A DNA stretch of 64,000 nt from Eledone cirrhosa. Lineage: Eukaryota. Below, in pieces: positions 36,601-49,700 of this stretch. Where the stretch lies: NCBI GenBank assembly GCA_964016885.1, contig OZ024740.1:433504001-433568000 (forward strand), written 5' to 3'. The position numbers and the translations under genes are program-made. Position 1 is the first letter of the stretch, and every line of letters begins with the position of its first letter. The notes under the pieces are model-generated. The model saw nothing but the letters and a program-made list of their open reading frames with translations, ran no database searches and was not told the origin of the DNA.

Positions 36601-37611
36601 GGTGAAAGACCTAGATTCTGTCATCTGTTTGAGGTGAAAGGCCTAGTTTCTTTCATGTGTTTGAGGTGAAAGGCCTAGTTTCTCTAATCTGTTTGGGGTG
36701 AAAGACTTAGTTTCTCTCATCTGTTTGAGGTGAAATACTTATTTTCTTTCATCTGTTTGGGGTGAAAGACCCAGTTTCTCTCATCTGTTTGGAGTGAAAG
36801 ACCTAGTTTCTCTCATCTGTTTGCCGTGAAAAACCTAGTTTCTCTCATCTGTTTGAGGTGAAAGACCTAGTTTCTCTCATCTGTTTGGGATGAAAGACCT
36901 AGTTTCTTTCATCTGTTTGGGGTGAAAGACCTAGTTTCTTTCATCTGTTTGGGATGAAAGACCTAGTTTCTTTCATCTGTTTGGGGTGAAAGACCTAGTT
37001 TCTCTCATCTGTTTGGGGTGAAAGACCTAGTTTCTTTCATCTGTTTGGGGTGAAAGATCTAGTTTCTTTCATCTGTTTGGGGTGAAAGACCTAGTTTCTT
37101 TAATCTGTTAGGGGTGAAAGACCTAGTTTCTTTCATCTGTTTGGGATGAAAGACCTAGTTTCTTTCATCTGTTTGGGGTGAAAGACCTAGTTTCTTTCAT
37201 CTGTTTGGGGTGAAAGACCTAGTTTCTTTCATCTGTTTGGGGTGAAAGACCTAGTTTCTCTCATCTGTTAGGAGTGAAAGACCTAGTTTCTTTCATCTGT
37301 TTGGGATGAAAGACCTAGTTTCTTTCATCTGTTTGGGGTGAAAGACCTAGTTTCTTTCATCTGTTTGGGGTGAAAGACCTAGTTTCTTTCATCTGTTTGG
37401 GGTGAAAGACCTAGTTTCTTTCATCTGTTTGGGATGAAAGACCTAGTTTCTTTCATCTGGTTGGGATGAAAGACCTAGTTTCTCTCATCTGTTTGGGGTG
37501 AAAGACCTAGTTTCTTTCATCTATTTGGGGTGAAAGACCTAGTTTCTGTCATCTGTTTGGGGTGAAAGACCTAGTTTCTCTCATCTGTTTGGGGTGAAAG
37601 ACCTAGTTTCT
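27431..37611. repeat. Tandem duplication within the satellite, period 5,074 bp (159 monomers)
   Basis: TGCTTGGGA 27918/32992, AGATCT 28027/33101 and 31981/37055, AACAAG 30291/35365, CTGTTAGGAG 32191/37265. Confidence 0.92.
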
Positions 37612-39110
37612 TTCATCTGGTTGGGATGAAAGACCTAGTTTCTCTCATCTGTTTGGGGTGAAAGACCTAGTTTGTCTCATCTGTTTGGGGTGAAAGACCT
37701 AGTTTCTTTCATCTGTTTGGGATGAAAGACCTAGTTTCTTTCATCTGTTTGGGATGAAAGACCTAGTTTCTTTCATCTGTTTGGGATGAAAGACCTAGTT
37801 TCTTTCATCTGTTTGGGGTGAAAGACCTAGTTTCTTTCATCTGTTTGGGATGAAAGACCTATTTTCTCTCATCTGTTTGGGATGAAAGACCTAGTTTCTC
37901 TCATCTGTTAGGGGTGAAAGACCTAGTTTCTTTCATCTGTTTGGGATGAAAGACCTAGTTTCTTTCATCTATTTGGGGTGAAAGACCTAGTTTCTTTCAT
38001 CTGTTTGGGGTGAAAGACCTAGTTTCTCTCATCTGTTTGGGATGAAAGACCTAGTTTCTTTCATCTGTTTGGGGTGAAAGACCTAGTTTCTTTCATCTGT
38101 TTGGGGTGAAAGACCTAGATTCTGTCATCTGTTTGAGGTGAAAGGCCTAGTTTCTTTCATGTGTTTGAGGTGAAAGGCCTAGTTTCTCTAATCTGTTTGG
38201 GGTGAAAGACTTAGTTTCTCTCATCTGTTTGAGGTGAAATACTTATTTTCTTTCATCTGTTTGGGGTGAAAGACCCAGTTTCTCTCATCTGTTTGGAGTG
38301 AAAGACCTAGTTTCTCTCATCTGTTTGCCGTGAAAAACCTAGTTTCTCTCATCTGTTTGAGGTGAAAGACCTAGTTTCTCTCATCTGTTTGGGATGAAAG
38401 ACCTAGTTTCTTTCATCTGTTTGGGGTGAAAGACCTAGTTTCTTTCATCTGTTTGGGATGAAAGACCTAGTTTCTTTCATCTGTTTGGGGTGAAAGACCT
38501 AGTTTCTCTCATCTGTTTGGGGTGAAAGACCTAGTTTCTTTCATCTGTTTGGGGTGAAAGATCTAGTTTCTTTCATCTGTTTGGGGTGAAAGACCTAGTT
38601 TCTTTAATCTGTTAGGGGTGAAAGACCTAGTTTCTTTCATCTGTTTGGGATGAAAGACCTAGTTTCTTTCATCTGTTTGGGGTGAAAGACCTAGTTTCTT
38701 TCATCTGTTTGGGGTGAAAGACCTAGTTTCTTTCATCTGTTTGGGGTGAAAGACCTAGTTTCTCTCATCTGTTAGGAGTGAAAGACCTAGTTTCTTTCAT
38801 CTGTTTGGGATGAAAGACCTAGTTTCTTTCATCTGTTTGGGGTGAAAGACCTAGTTTCTTTCATCTGTTTGGGGTGAAAGACCTAGTTTCTTTCATCTGT
38901 TTGGGGTGAAAGACCTAGTTTCTTTCATCTGTTTGGGATGAAAGACCTAGTTTCTTTCATCTGGTTGGGATGAAAGACCTAGTTTCTCTCATCTGTTTGG
39001 GGTGAAAGACCTAGTTTCTTTCATCTATTTGGGGTGAAAGACCTAGTTTCTGTCATCTGTTTGGGGTGAAAGACCTAGTTTCTCTCATCTGTTTGGGGTG
39101 AAAGACCTAG
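36095..39110. repeat. Tandem duplication within the satellite, period 1,504 bp (47 monomers), nested on the end of the 5,074-bp duplication
   Basis: TCTCTAATC 36681/38185, AGATCT 37055/38559, CTGTTAGGAG 37265/38769. Confidence 0.9.
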
Positions 39111-39895
39111 TTTCTGTCATTTGTTTGGGGTGAAAGGCCTAGTTTCTTTCATCTGTTTAGTGTGAAAGAACTAGTTTCTGTCATCTGTTTGGGGTCAAAG
39201 TCCTAGTTTCTGTCATCTTTTTGGAGTGAAAGACCTAGTTTCTCTCATCTGTTTGGGATGAAAGACCTAGTTTCTCTCATCTGTTTGACGTGAAAGACCT
39301 AGTTTCACTCATCTGTTTTGGGTGAAAGACCTAGTTTGTCTCATCTGTTTGGGGTGAAAGACCTAGTTTATCTCATCTGTTTGGGGTGAAAGACCTAGTT
39401 TGAGTCATCTGTTTGGGGTGAAAGACCTAGTTTCTGTCATCTGTTTGGGGTGAAAGACCAAGTTTCTCTCATCTGTTTGGGATGAAAGACGTAGTTTCTT
39501 TCATCTGTTTGGGATGAAAGACCTAGTTTCTGTCATTCGTTTGGCGTGAAATACCTAGTTTCTCTCATCTGTCTGAGGTGAAAGACCTAGTTTTTCTCAT
39601 CTGTTTGGGGTGAAAGACCTAGTTTCTTTAATCTGTTTGAGGTGAAAGACCTAGTTTCTTTCATCTGTTTGGGGTGAAAGACCTAGTTTCTCTCATCTGT
39701 TTAAGTTGAAAGACTTAGTTTCTCTCATCTGTTTGGGATGAAAGACTTAGTTTCTCTCATCTGTTTGGCATGAAAGACCTAGTTTGTCTCATCTGTTTGG
39801 GGTGAAAGACCTAGTTTCTGTAATCTGTTTGGGCTGAAAGACCTAGTTTCTGTCATCTTTTTGGGGTGAAAGACCTAGTTTCTCTCATCTGTTTG

Positions 39896-42800
39896 GTATG
39901 AGCATCCTAGTTTCTCTCATCTGTTTGGGATGAAAGACTTAGTTTCTCTCATTTGTTTGGGATGAAAGAGCTAGTTTCTTTCATCTGGTTGGGGTTAAAG
40001 ACCTAGTTTGTCTCATCTGTTTGGGGTGAAAGACCTAGTTTATCTCATCCGTTTGGGGTGAAAGACCTAGTTTCTCCTATCTGTTTGGGGTGAAAGACCT
40101 AGTTTCTCTCATCTGTTTGAGGTGAAAGACCTAGTTTCTTTCATCTGTTTGGGGTGAAAGACCTAGTTTCGCTCATCTCTTTGGGGTGAAAGACCTAGTT
40201 TCTTTTATCTGTTTGGGCTTAAAGAGCTAGTTTGTCTCATCTGTTTGGGGTGAAAGACCTAGTTTCTCTCCTCTGTTTGGGGTGAAAGACCTAGTTTCTC
40301 TCATCTGTTTGGGGTGAAAAACCTAGTTTCTCTCATCTGTTTGGGGTGAAAGACCTAGTTTCTCTCATCTGTTGGGATGAAAGACCTAGTTTCTCTCATC
40401 TGTTGGGATGAAAGACCTAGTTTCTGTCATTCGTTTGCCGTGAAAAACCTAGTTTCTCTCATCTGTTTGAGGTTAAAGACCTAGTTTTTCTCATCTCTTT
40501 GGGGTGAAAGACCTAGTTTCTCTCCTGTGTTTGGGGTGAAAGACCTAGTTTCTCTCATCTGTTTGGGTTAAATGACCTAGTTTCTCTCATCTGTTTGGGG
40601 TGAAAGACCTAGTTTCTCTCATCTGTTTGAGGTGAAAGACATAGTTTCTCTCATCTGTTTGGGGTGAAAGACCTAGTTTCTTTCATCTGTTTGGGGTCAA
40701 AGACCTAGTTTCTCTCATCTGTTTGGGGTGAAAGACCTAGTTTCTCTCATCTGTTTGGGATGAAAGACCTAGTGTCTCTCATCTGTTTGGGGTAAAAGTC
40801 CTAGTTTCAATCATCTGTTTGGGATGAAAGACCTTGTTTCTCTCGTCGGTTTGGGGTGAAAGACCTAGTTTCTCTCATCTGTTTGGGGTGAAAGACCTAG
40901 TTTCTTTCATCTGTTTGGGATGAAAGACTTAGTTTCTCTCATCTGTTTGGGATGAAAGACCTAGTTTCTTTCATCTGTTTGAGGTGAAAGACCTAGTTTC
41001 TCTCATCTGTTTGGGGTGAAAGACCTACTTTCTCACATCTGTTCGGGGTGAAAGACCTAGTTTCTTTCATCTGTTTCAGGTGAAAGACCTAGTTTCTCTC
41101 ATCTGTGTGGGGTGAAAGACCTAGTTTCTCTCATCTGTTTGGGGTGAAAGACCTAGTTTCTCTCATCTGTTTGGGGTGAAAGACCTAGTTTCTTCCATCC
41201 GTTTGGGGTGAAAGACCTAGTTTCTCTCATCTGTTTGGGATGAGAGACCTAGTTTCTGTCATGTTTGGGGTGAAAGACCTAGTTTCTTTCCTCAGGTGAA
41301 AGACCTAGTTTCATCTGTTTGAGGTGAAAGACCTAGTTTCTCTCATCTGTTTGGGGTGAAAGACCTAGTTTGTCTCATCTGTTTGGGGTGAAACACCTAG
41401 TTTATCTCATCCGTTTGGGGTGAAAGACCTAGTTTCTCCTATCTGTTTGGGGTGAAAGACCTAGTTTCTCTCATCTGTTTGGGGTGAAAGACCTAGTTTC
41501 TCTCATCTGTTTGGGGTGAAAGACCTAGTTTCTCTCATCTGTTTGGGATGAAAGTCCTAGTTTCTTTCATCTGTTTGGGGTGAAAGACCTAGTTTCTTTC
41601 ATCTGTTTGAGGTGAAAGACCTAGTTCCATCTGTTTGAAGTGAAAGACCTAGTTTCTCTCATCTGTTTGGAGTGAAAGACCTAGTTTCACTCATCTGTTT
41701 GAGGTGGAAGACTTAGTTTCTCTCATCTGTTTGGGGTGAAAGACGTAGTTTCTCTCATCTGTTTGGGGTGAAAGACCTAGTTTCTGTCATCTGTTTGAGG
41801 TGAAAGGCCTAGTTTCTTTCATCTGTTTGAGGTGAAAGACGTAGTTTCTCTCATCTGTTTGGAGTGAAAGACCTAGTTTCACTCATCTGTTTGGGATGAA
41901 AGACCTAGTTTCTCTCATCTGTTTGGGGTGAAAGACCTAGTTTCTTTCATCTGTTTGGGGTGAAAGATCTAGTTTCTTTCATCTGTTTGGGGTGAAAGAC
42001 CTAGTTTCTTTAATCTGTTAGGGGTGAAAGACCTAGTTTCTTTCATCTGTTTGGGATGAAAGACCTAGTTTCTTTAATCTGTTAGGGGTGAAAGACCTAG
42101 TTTCTTTCATCTGTTTGGGATGAAAGACCTAGTTTCTTTCATCTGTTTGGGGTGAAAGACCTAGTTTCTTTAATCTGTTAGGGGTGAAAGACCTAGTTTC
42201 TTTCATCTGTTTGGGATGAAAGACCTAGTTTCTTTCATCTGTTTGGAGTGTAAGACCTAGTTTCACTCATCTGTTTGAGGTGAAAGACTTAGTTTCTCTC
42301 ATCTGTTTGGGGTGAAAGACGTAGTTTCTCTCATCTGTTTGGGGTGAAAGACCTAGATTCTGTCATCTGTTTGAGGTGAAAGGCCTAGTTTCTTTCATGT
42401 GTTTGAGGTGAAAGGCCTAGTTTCTCTCATCTGTTTGGGGTGAAAGACTTAGTTTCTCTCATCTGTTTGAGGTGAAATACTTATTTTCTTTCATCTGTTT
42501 GGGGTGAAAGACCCAGTTTCTCTCATCTGTTTGGAGTGAAAGACCTAGTTCCTCTCATCTGTTTGGCGTGAAAAACCTAGTTTCTCTCATCTGTTTGGGG
42601 TGAAAGACCTAGTTTCTCTCATCTGTTTGGGATGAAAGACCTAGTTTCTTTCATCTGTTTGGGGTGAAAGACCTAGTTTCTTTCATCTGTTTGGGGTGAA
42701 AGACCTAGTTTCTTTCATCTGTTTGGGGTGAAAGACCTAGTTTCTTTCATCTGTTTGGGATGAAAGACCTAGTTTCTTTCATCTGGTTGGGATGAAAGAC

Positions 42801-43717
42801 CTAGTTTCTCTCATCTGTTTGGGGTGAAAGACCTAGTTTCTTTCATCTATTTGGGGTGAAAGACCTAGTTTCTGTCATCTGTTTGGGGTGAAAGACCTAG
42901 TTTCTCTCATCTGTTTGGGGTGAAAGACCTAGTTTCTGTCATCTGTTTGGGGTGAAAGGCCTAGTTTCTTTCATCTGTTTAGGGTGAAAGAACTAGTTTC
43001 TCTCATCTGTTTGGGGTCAAAGTCCTAGTTTCTGTCATCTGTTTGACGTGAAAGACCTAGTTTCACTCATCTGTTTGGGATGAAAGACCTAGTTTCTCTC
43101 ATCTGTTTGACGTGAAAGACCTAGTTTCACTCATCTGTTTGGGATGAAAGACCTAGTTTCTTTAATCTGTTTTGGGTGAAAGACCTAGTTTGTCTCATCT
43201 GTTTGGGGTGAAAGACCTAGTTTATCTCATCTGTTTGGGGTGAAAGACCTAGTTTGAGTCATCTGTTTGGGGTGAAAGACCTAGTTTCTGTCATCTGTTT
43301 GGGGTGAAAGACCAAGTTTCTCTCATCTGTTTGGGATGAAAGACGTAGTTTCTTTCATCTGTTTGGGATGAAAGACCTAGTTTCTGTCATTCGTTTGGCG
43401 TGAAATACCTAGTTTCTCTCATCTGTCTGAGGTGAAAGACCTAGTTTTTCTCATCTGTTTGGGGTGAAAGACCTAGTTTCTTTCATCTGTTTGAGGTGAA
43501 AGACCTAGTTTCTTTCATCTGTTTGGGGTGAAAGACTTAGTTTCTCTCATCTGTTTGGGATGAAAGACTTAGTTTCTCTCATCTGTTTGGCATGAAAGAC
43601 CTAGTTTGTCTCATCTGTTTGGGGTGAAAGACCTAGTTTCTGTAATCTGTTTGGGCTGAAAGACCTAGTTTCTGTCATCTTTTTGGGGTGAAAGACCTAG
43701 TTTCTCTCATCTGTTTG
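39896..43717. repeat. One complete pass of the ancestral higher-order repeat (3,822 bp, 120 monomers)
   Basis: Distance between successive GTATGA(G/A)CATCC markers is 3822. Adding back the six internal deletions (1+1+2+6+4+4=18) gives 3840 = 120x32. The same marker order recurs elsewhere in the window. Confidence 0.75.
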
Positions 43718-46700
43718 GTATGAACATCCTAGTTTCTCTCATCTGTTTGGGATGAAAGACTTAGTTTCTCTCATTTGTTTGGGATGAAAGACCTAGTTTC
43801 TTTCATCTGGTTGGGGTTAAAGACCTAGTTTGTCTCATCTGTTTGGGGTGAAAGACCTAGTTTCTCCTATCTGTTTGGGGTGAAAGACCTAGTTTCTCTC
43901 ATCTGTTTGAGGTGAAAGACCTAGTTTCTTTCATCTGTTTGGGGTGAAAGACTTAGTTTCTCTCATCTCTTTGGGGTGAAAGACCTAGTTTCTTTTATCT
44001 GTTTGGGGTTAAAGACCTAGTTTGTCTCATCTGTTTGGGGTGAAAGACCTAGTTTATCTCATCTGTTTGGGGTGAAAGACCTAGTTTCTCTCCTCTGTTT
44101 GGGGTGAAACACCTAGTTTCTCTCATCTGTTTGGGGTGAAAGACCTAGTTTCTCTCATCTGTTTGGGGTGAAAGACCTAGTTTCTCTCATCTGTTGGGAT
44201 GAAAGACCTAGTTTCTCTCATCTGTTGGGATGAAAGACCTAGTTTCCGTCATTCGTTTGCCGTGAAAAACCTAGTTTCTCTCATCTGTTTGAGGTGAAAG
44301 ACCTAGTTTTTCTCATCTCTTTGGGGTGAAAGAACTAGTTTCTCTCCTCTGTTTGGGGTGAAAGACCTAGTTTCTGTCATCTGTTTGGGTTAAATGACCT
44401 AGTTTCTCTCATCTGTTTGGGGTGAAAGAACTAGTTTCTCTCATCTGTTTGAGGTGAAAGACATAGTTTCTCTCATCTGTTTGGGGTGAAAGACCTAGTT
44501 TCTTTCATCTGTTTGGGGTGAAAGACCTAGTTTCTCTCATCTCTTTGGGGTGAAAGACCTAGTTTCTCTCATCTGTTTGGGATGAAAGACCTAGTTTCTC
44601 TCATCTGTCTGGGGTAAAAGTCCTAGTTTCTCTCATCTGTTTGGGATGAAAGACCTAGTGTCTCTCATCTGTTTGGGGTAAAAGTCCTAGTTTCAATCAT
44701 CTGTTTGGGATGAAAGACCTTGTTTCTCTCGTCGGTTTGGGGTGAAAGACCTAGTTTCTCTCATTTGTTTGAGGTAAAGACCTAGTTTCTCTCATCTGTT
44801 TTGGGTGAAAGACCTAGTTTGTCTCATCTGTTTGGGGTAAAAGACCTAGTTTATCTCATCTGTCTGGGGTGAAAGACCTAGTTAATCCTATCTGTTTGGG
44901 GTGAAAGACCTAGTTTCTTTCATCTGTTTGGGATGAAAGACTTAGTTTCTCTCATCTGTTTGGGATGAAAGACCTAGTTTCTTTCATCTGTTTGAGGTGA
45001 AAGACCTAGTTTCTCTCATCTGTTTGGGGTGAAAGACCTACTTTCCCACATCTGTTCGGGGTGAAAGACCTAGTTTCTCTCATCTGTTTCAGGTGAAAGA
45101 CCTAGTTTCTCTCATCTGTGTGGGGTGAAAGACCTAGTTTCTCTCATCTGTTTGGGGTGAAAGACCTAGTTTCTCTCATCTGTTTGGGATGAAAGACCTA
45201 GTTTCTTCCATCTGTTTGGGGTGAGAGACCTAGTTTCTCTCATCTGTTTGGGATGAGAGACCTAGTTTCTGTCATGTTTGGGGTGAAAGACCTAGTTTCA
45301 TCTGTTTGAGGTGAAAGACCTAGTTTCTCTCATCTGTTTGGGGTGAAAGACCTAGTTTGTCTCATCTGTTTGGGGTGAAACACCTAGTTTATCTCATCCG
45401 TTTGGGGTGAAAGACCTAGTTTCTCCTATCTGTTTGGGGTGAAAGACCTAGTTTCTCTCATCTGTTTGGGGTGAAAGACCTAGTTTCTCTCATCTGTTTG
45501 GGGTGAAAGACCTAGTTTCTCTCATCTGTTTGGGATGAAAGTCCTAGTTTCTTTCATCTGTTTGGGGTGAAAGACCTAGTTTCTTTCATCTGTTTGAGGT
45601 GAAAGACCTAGTTCCATCTGTTTGAAGTGAAAGACCTAGTTTCTCTCATCTGTTTGGAGTGAAAGACCTAGTTTCACTCATCTGTTTGAGGTGAAAGACT
45701 TAGTTTCTCTCATCTGTTTGGGGTGAAAGACGTAGTTTCTCTCATCTGTTTGGGGTGAAAGACCTAGTTTCTGTCATCTGTTTGAGGTGAAAGGCCTAGT
45801 TTCTTTCATCTGTTTGAGGTGAAAGACGTAGTTTCTCTCATCTGTTTGGAGTGAAAGACCTAGTTTCACTCATCGGTTTGGAGTGTAAGACCTAGTTTCA
45901 ATCATCTGTTTGAGGTGAAAGACTTAGTTTCTCTCATCTGTTTGGGTTAAATGACCTAGTTTCTCTCATCTGTTTGGGGTGAAAGACCTAGTTTCTCTCA
46001 TCTGTTTGAGGTGAAAGACATAGTTTCTCTCATCTGTTTGGGGTGAAAGACCTAGTTTCTTTCATCTGTTTGGGGTCAAAGACCTAGTTTCTCTCATCTG
46101 TTTGGGGTGAAAGACCTAGTTTCTCTCATCTGTTTGGGATGAAAGACCTAGTGTCTCTCATCTGTTTGGGGTAAAAGTCCTAGTTTCAATCATCTGTTTG
46201 GGATGAAAGACCTTGTTTCTCTCGTCGGTTTGGGGTGAAAGACCTAGTTTCTTTAATCTGTTTGAGGTGAAAGACCTAGTTTCTTTCATCTGTTTGGGGT
46301 GAAAGACCTAGTTTCTCTCATCTGTTTAAGTTGAAAGACTTAGTTTCTCTCATCTGTTTGGGATGAAAGACTTAGTTTCTCTCATCTGTTTGGCATGAAA
46401 GACCTAGTTTGTCTCATCTGTTTGGGGTGAAAGACCTAGTTTCTGTAATCTGTTTGGGCTGAAAGACCTAGTTTCTGTCATCTTTTTGGGGTGAAAGACC
46501 TAGTTTCTCTCATCTGTTTGGTATGAGCATCCTAGTTTCTCTCATCTGTTTGGGATGAAAGACTTAGTTTCTCTCATTTGTTTGGGATGAAAGAGCTAGT
46601 TTCTTTCATCTGGTTGGGGTTAAAGACCTAGTTTGTCTCATCTGTTTGGGGTGAAAGACCTAGTTTATCTCATCCGTTTGGGGTGAAAGACCTAGTTTCT

Positions 46701-49700
46701 CCTATCTGTTTGGGGTGAAAGACCTAGTTTCTCTCATCTGTTTGAGGTGAAAGACCTAGTTTCTTTCATCTGTTTGGGGTGAAAGACCTAGTTTCGCTCA
46801 TCTCTTTGGGGTGAAAGACCTAGTTTCTTTTATCTGTTTGGGCTTAAAGAGCTAGTTTGTCTCATCTGTTTGGGGTGAAAGACCTAGTTTCTCTCCTCTG
46901 TTTGGGGTGAAAAACCTAGTTTCTCTCATCTGTTTGGGGTGAAAAACCTAGTTTCTCTCATCTGTTTGGGGTGAAAGACCTAGTTTCTCTCATCTGTTGG
47001 GATGAAAGACCTAGTTTCTCTCATCTGTTGGGATGAAAGACCTAGTTTCTGTCATTCGTTTGCCGTGAAAAACCTAGTTTCTCTCATCTGTTTGAGGTTA
47101 AAGACCTAGTTTTTCTCATCTCTTTGGGGTGAAAGACCTAGTTTCTCTCCTCTGTTTGGGGTGAAAGACCTAGTTTCTCTCATCTGTTTGGGTTAAATGA
47201 CCTAGTTTCTCTCATCTGTTTGGGGTGAAAGACCTAGTTTCTCTCATCTGTTTGAGGTGAAAGACATAGTTTCTCTCATCTGTTTGGGGTGAAAGACCTA
47301 GTTTCTTTCATCTGTTTGGGGTCAAAGACCTAGTTTCTCTCATCTGTTTGGGGTGAAAGACCTAGTTTCTCTCATCTGTTTGGGATGAAAGACCTAGTGT
47401 CTCTCATCTGTTTGGGGTAAAAGTCCTAGTTTCAATCATCTGTTTGGGATGAAAGACCTTGTTTCTCTCGTCGGTTTGGGGTGAAAGACCTAGTTTCTTT
47501 AATCTGTTTGAGGTGAAAGACCTAGTTTCTTTCATCTGTTTGGGGTGAAAGACCTAGTTTCTCTCATCTGTTTAAGTTGAAAGACTTAGTTTCTCTCATC
47601 TGTTTGGGATGAAAGACTTAGTTTCTCTCATCTGTTTGGCATGAAAGACCTAGTTTGTCTCATCTGTTTGGGGTGAAAGACCTAGTTTCTGTAATCTGTT
47701 TGGGCTGAAAGACCTAGTTTCTGTCATCTTTTTGGGGTGAAAGACCTAGTTTCTCTCATCTGTTTGGTATGAGCATCCTAGTTTCTCTCATCTGTTTGGG
47801 ATGAAAGACTTAGTTTCTCTCATTTGTTTGGGATGAAAGAGCTAGTTTCTTTCATCTGGTTGGGGTTAAAGACCTAGTTTGTCTCATCTGTTTGGGGTGA
47901 AAGACCTAGTTTATCTCATCCGTTTGGGGTGAAAGACCTAGTTTCTCCTATCTGTTTGGGGTGAAAGACCTAGTTTCTCTCATCTGTTTGAGGTGAAAGA
48001 CCTAGTTTCTTTCATCTGTTTGGGGTGAAAGACCTAGTTTCGCTCATCTCTTTGGGGTGAAAGACCTAGTTTCTTTTATCTGTTTGGGCTTAAAGAGCTA
48101 GTTTGTCTCATCTGTTTGGGGTGAAAGACCTAGTTTCTCTCCTCTGTTTGGGGTGAAAAACCTAGTTTCTCTCATCTGTTTGGGGTGAAAAACCTAGTTT
48201 CTCTCATCTGTTTGGGGTGAAAGACCTAGTTTCTCTCATCTGTTGGGATGAAAGACCTAGTTTCTCTCATCTGTTGGGATGAAAGACCTAGTTTCTGTCA
48301 TTCGTTTGCCGTGAAAAACCTAGTTTCTCTCATCTGTTTGAGGTTAAAGACCTAGTTTTTCTCATCTCTTTGGGGTGAAAGACCTAGTTTCTCTCCTCTG
48401 TTTGGGGTGAAAGACCTAGTTTCTCTCATCTGTTTGGGTTAAATGACCTAGTTTCTCTCATCTGTTTGGGGTGAAAGACCTAGTTTCTCTCATCTGTTTG
48501 AGGTGAAAGACATAGTTTCTCTCATCTGTTTGGGGTGAAAGACCTAGTTTCTTTCATCTGTTTGGGGTCAAAGACCTAGTTTCTCTCATCTGTTTGGGGT
48601 GAAAGACCTAGTTTCTCTCATCTGTTTGGGATGAAAGACCTAGTGTCTCTCATCTGTTTGGGGTAAAAGTCCTAGTTTCAATCATCTGTTTGGGATGAAA
48701 GACCTTGTTTCTCTCGTCGGTTTGGGGTGAAAGACCTAGTTTCTCTCATCTGTTTGGGGTGAAAGACCTAGTTTCTTTCATCTGTTTGGGATGAAAGACT
48801 TAGTTTCTCTCATCTGTTTGGGATGAAAGACCTAGTTTCTTTCATCTGTTTGAGGTGAAAGACCTAGTTTCTCTCATCTGTTTGGGGTGAAAGACCTACT
48901 TTCTCACATCTGTTCGGGGTGAAAGACCTAGTTTCTTTCATCTGTTTCAGGTGAAAGACCTAGTTTCTCTCATCTGTGTGGGGTGAAAGACCTAGTTTCT
49001 CTCATCTGTTTGGGGTGAAAGACCTAGTTTCTTTCCTCAGGTGAAAGACCTAGTTTCATCTGTTTGAGGTGAAAGACCTAGTTTCTCTCATCTGTTTGGG
49101 GTGAAAGACCTAGTTTGTCTCATCTGTTTGGGGTGAAACACCTAGTTTATCTCATCCGTTTGGGGTGAAAGACCTAGTTTCTCCTATCTGTTTGGGGTGA
49201 AAGACCTAGTTTCTCTCATCTGTTTGGGGTGAAAGACCTAGTTTCTCTCATCTGTTTGGGGTGAAAGACCTAGTTTCTCTCATCTGTTTGGGATGAAAGT
49301 CCTAGTTTCTTTCATCTGTTTGGGGTGAAAGACCTAGTTTCTTTCATCTGTTTGAGGTGAAAGACCTAGTTCCATCTGTTTGAAGTGAAAGACCTAGTTT
49401 CTCTCATCTGTTTGGAGTGAAAGACCTAGTTTCACTCATCTGTTTGAGGTGAAAGACTTAGTTTCTCTCATCTGTTTGGGGTGAAAGACGTAGTTTCTCT
49501 CATCTGTTTGGGGTGAAAGACCTAGTTTCTGTCATCTGTTTGAGGTGAAAGGCCTAGTTTCTTTCATCTGTTTGAGGTGAAAGACGTAGTTTCTCTCATC
49601 TGTTTGGAGTGAAAGACCTAGTTTCACTCATCTGTTTGGGATGAAAGACCTAGTTTCTCTCATCTGTTTGGGGTGAAAGACCTAGTTTCTTTCATCTGTT

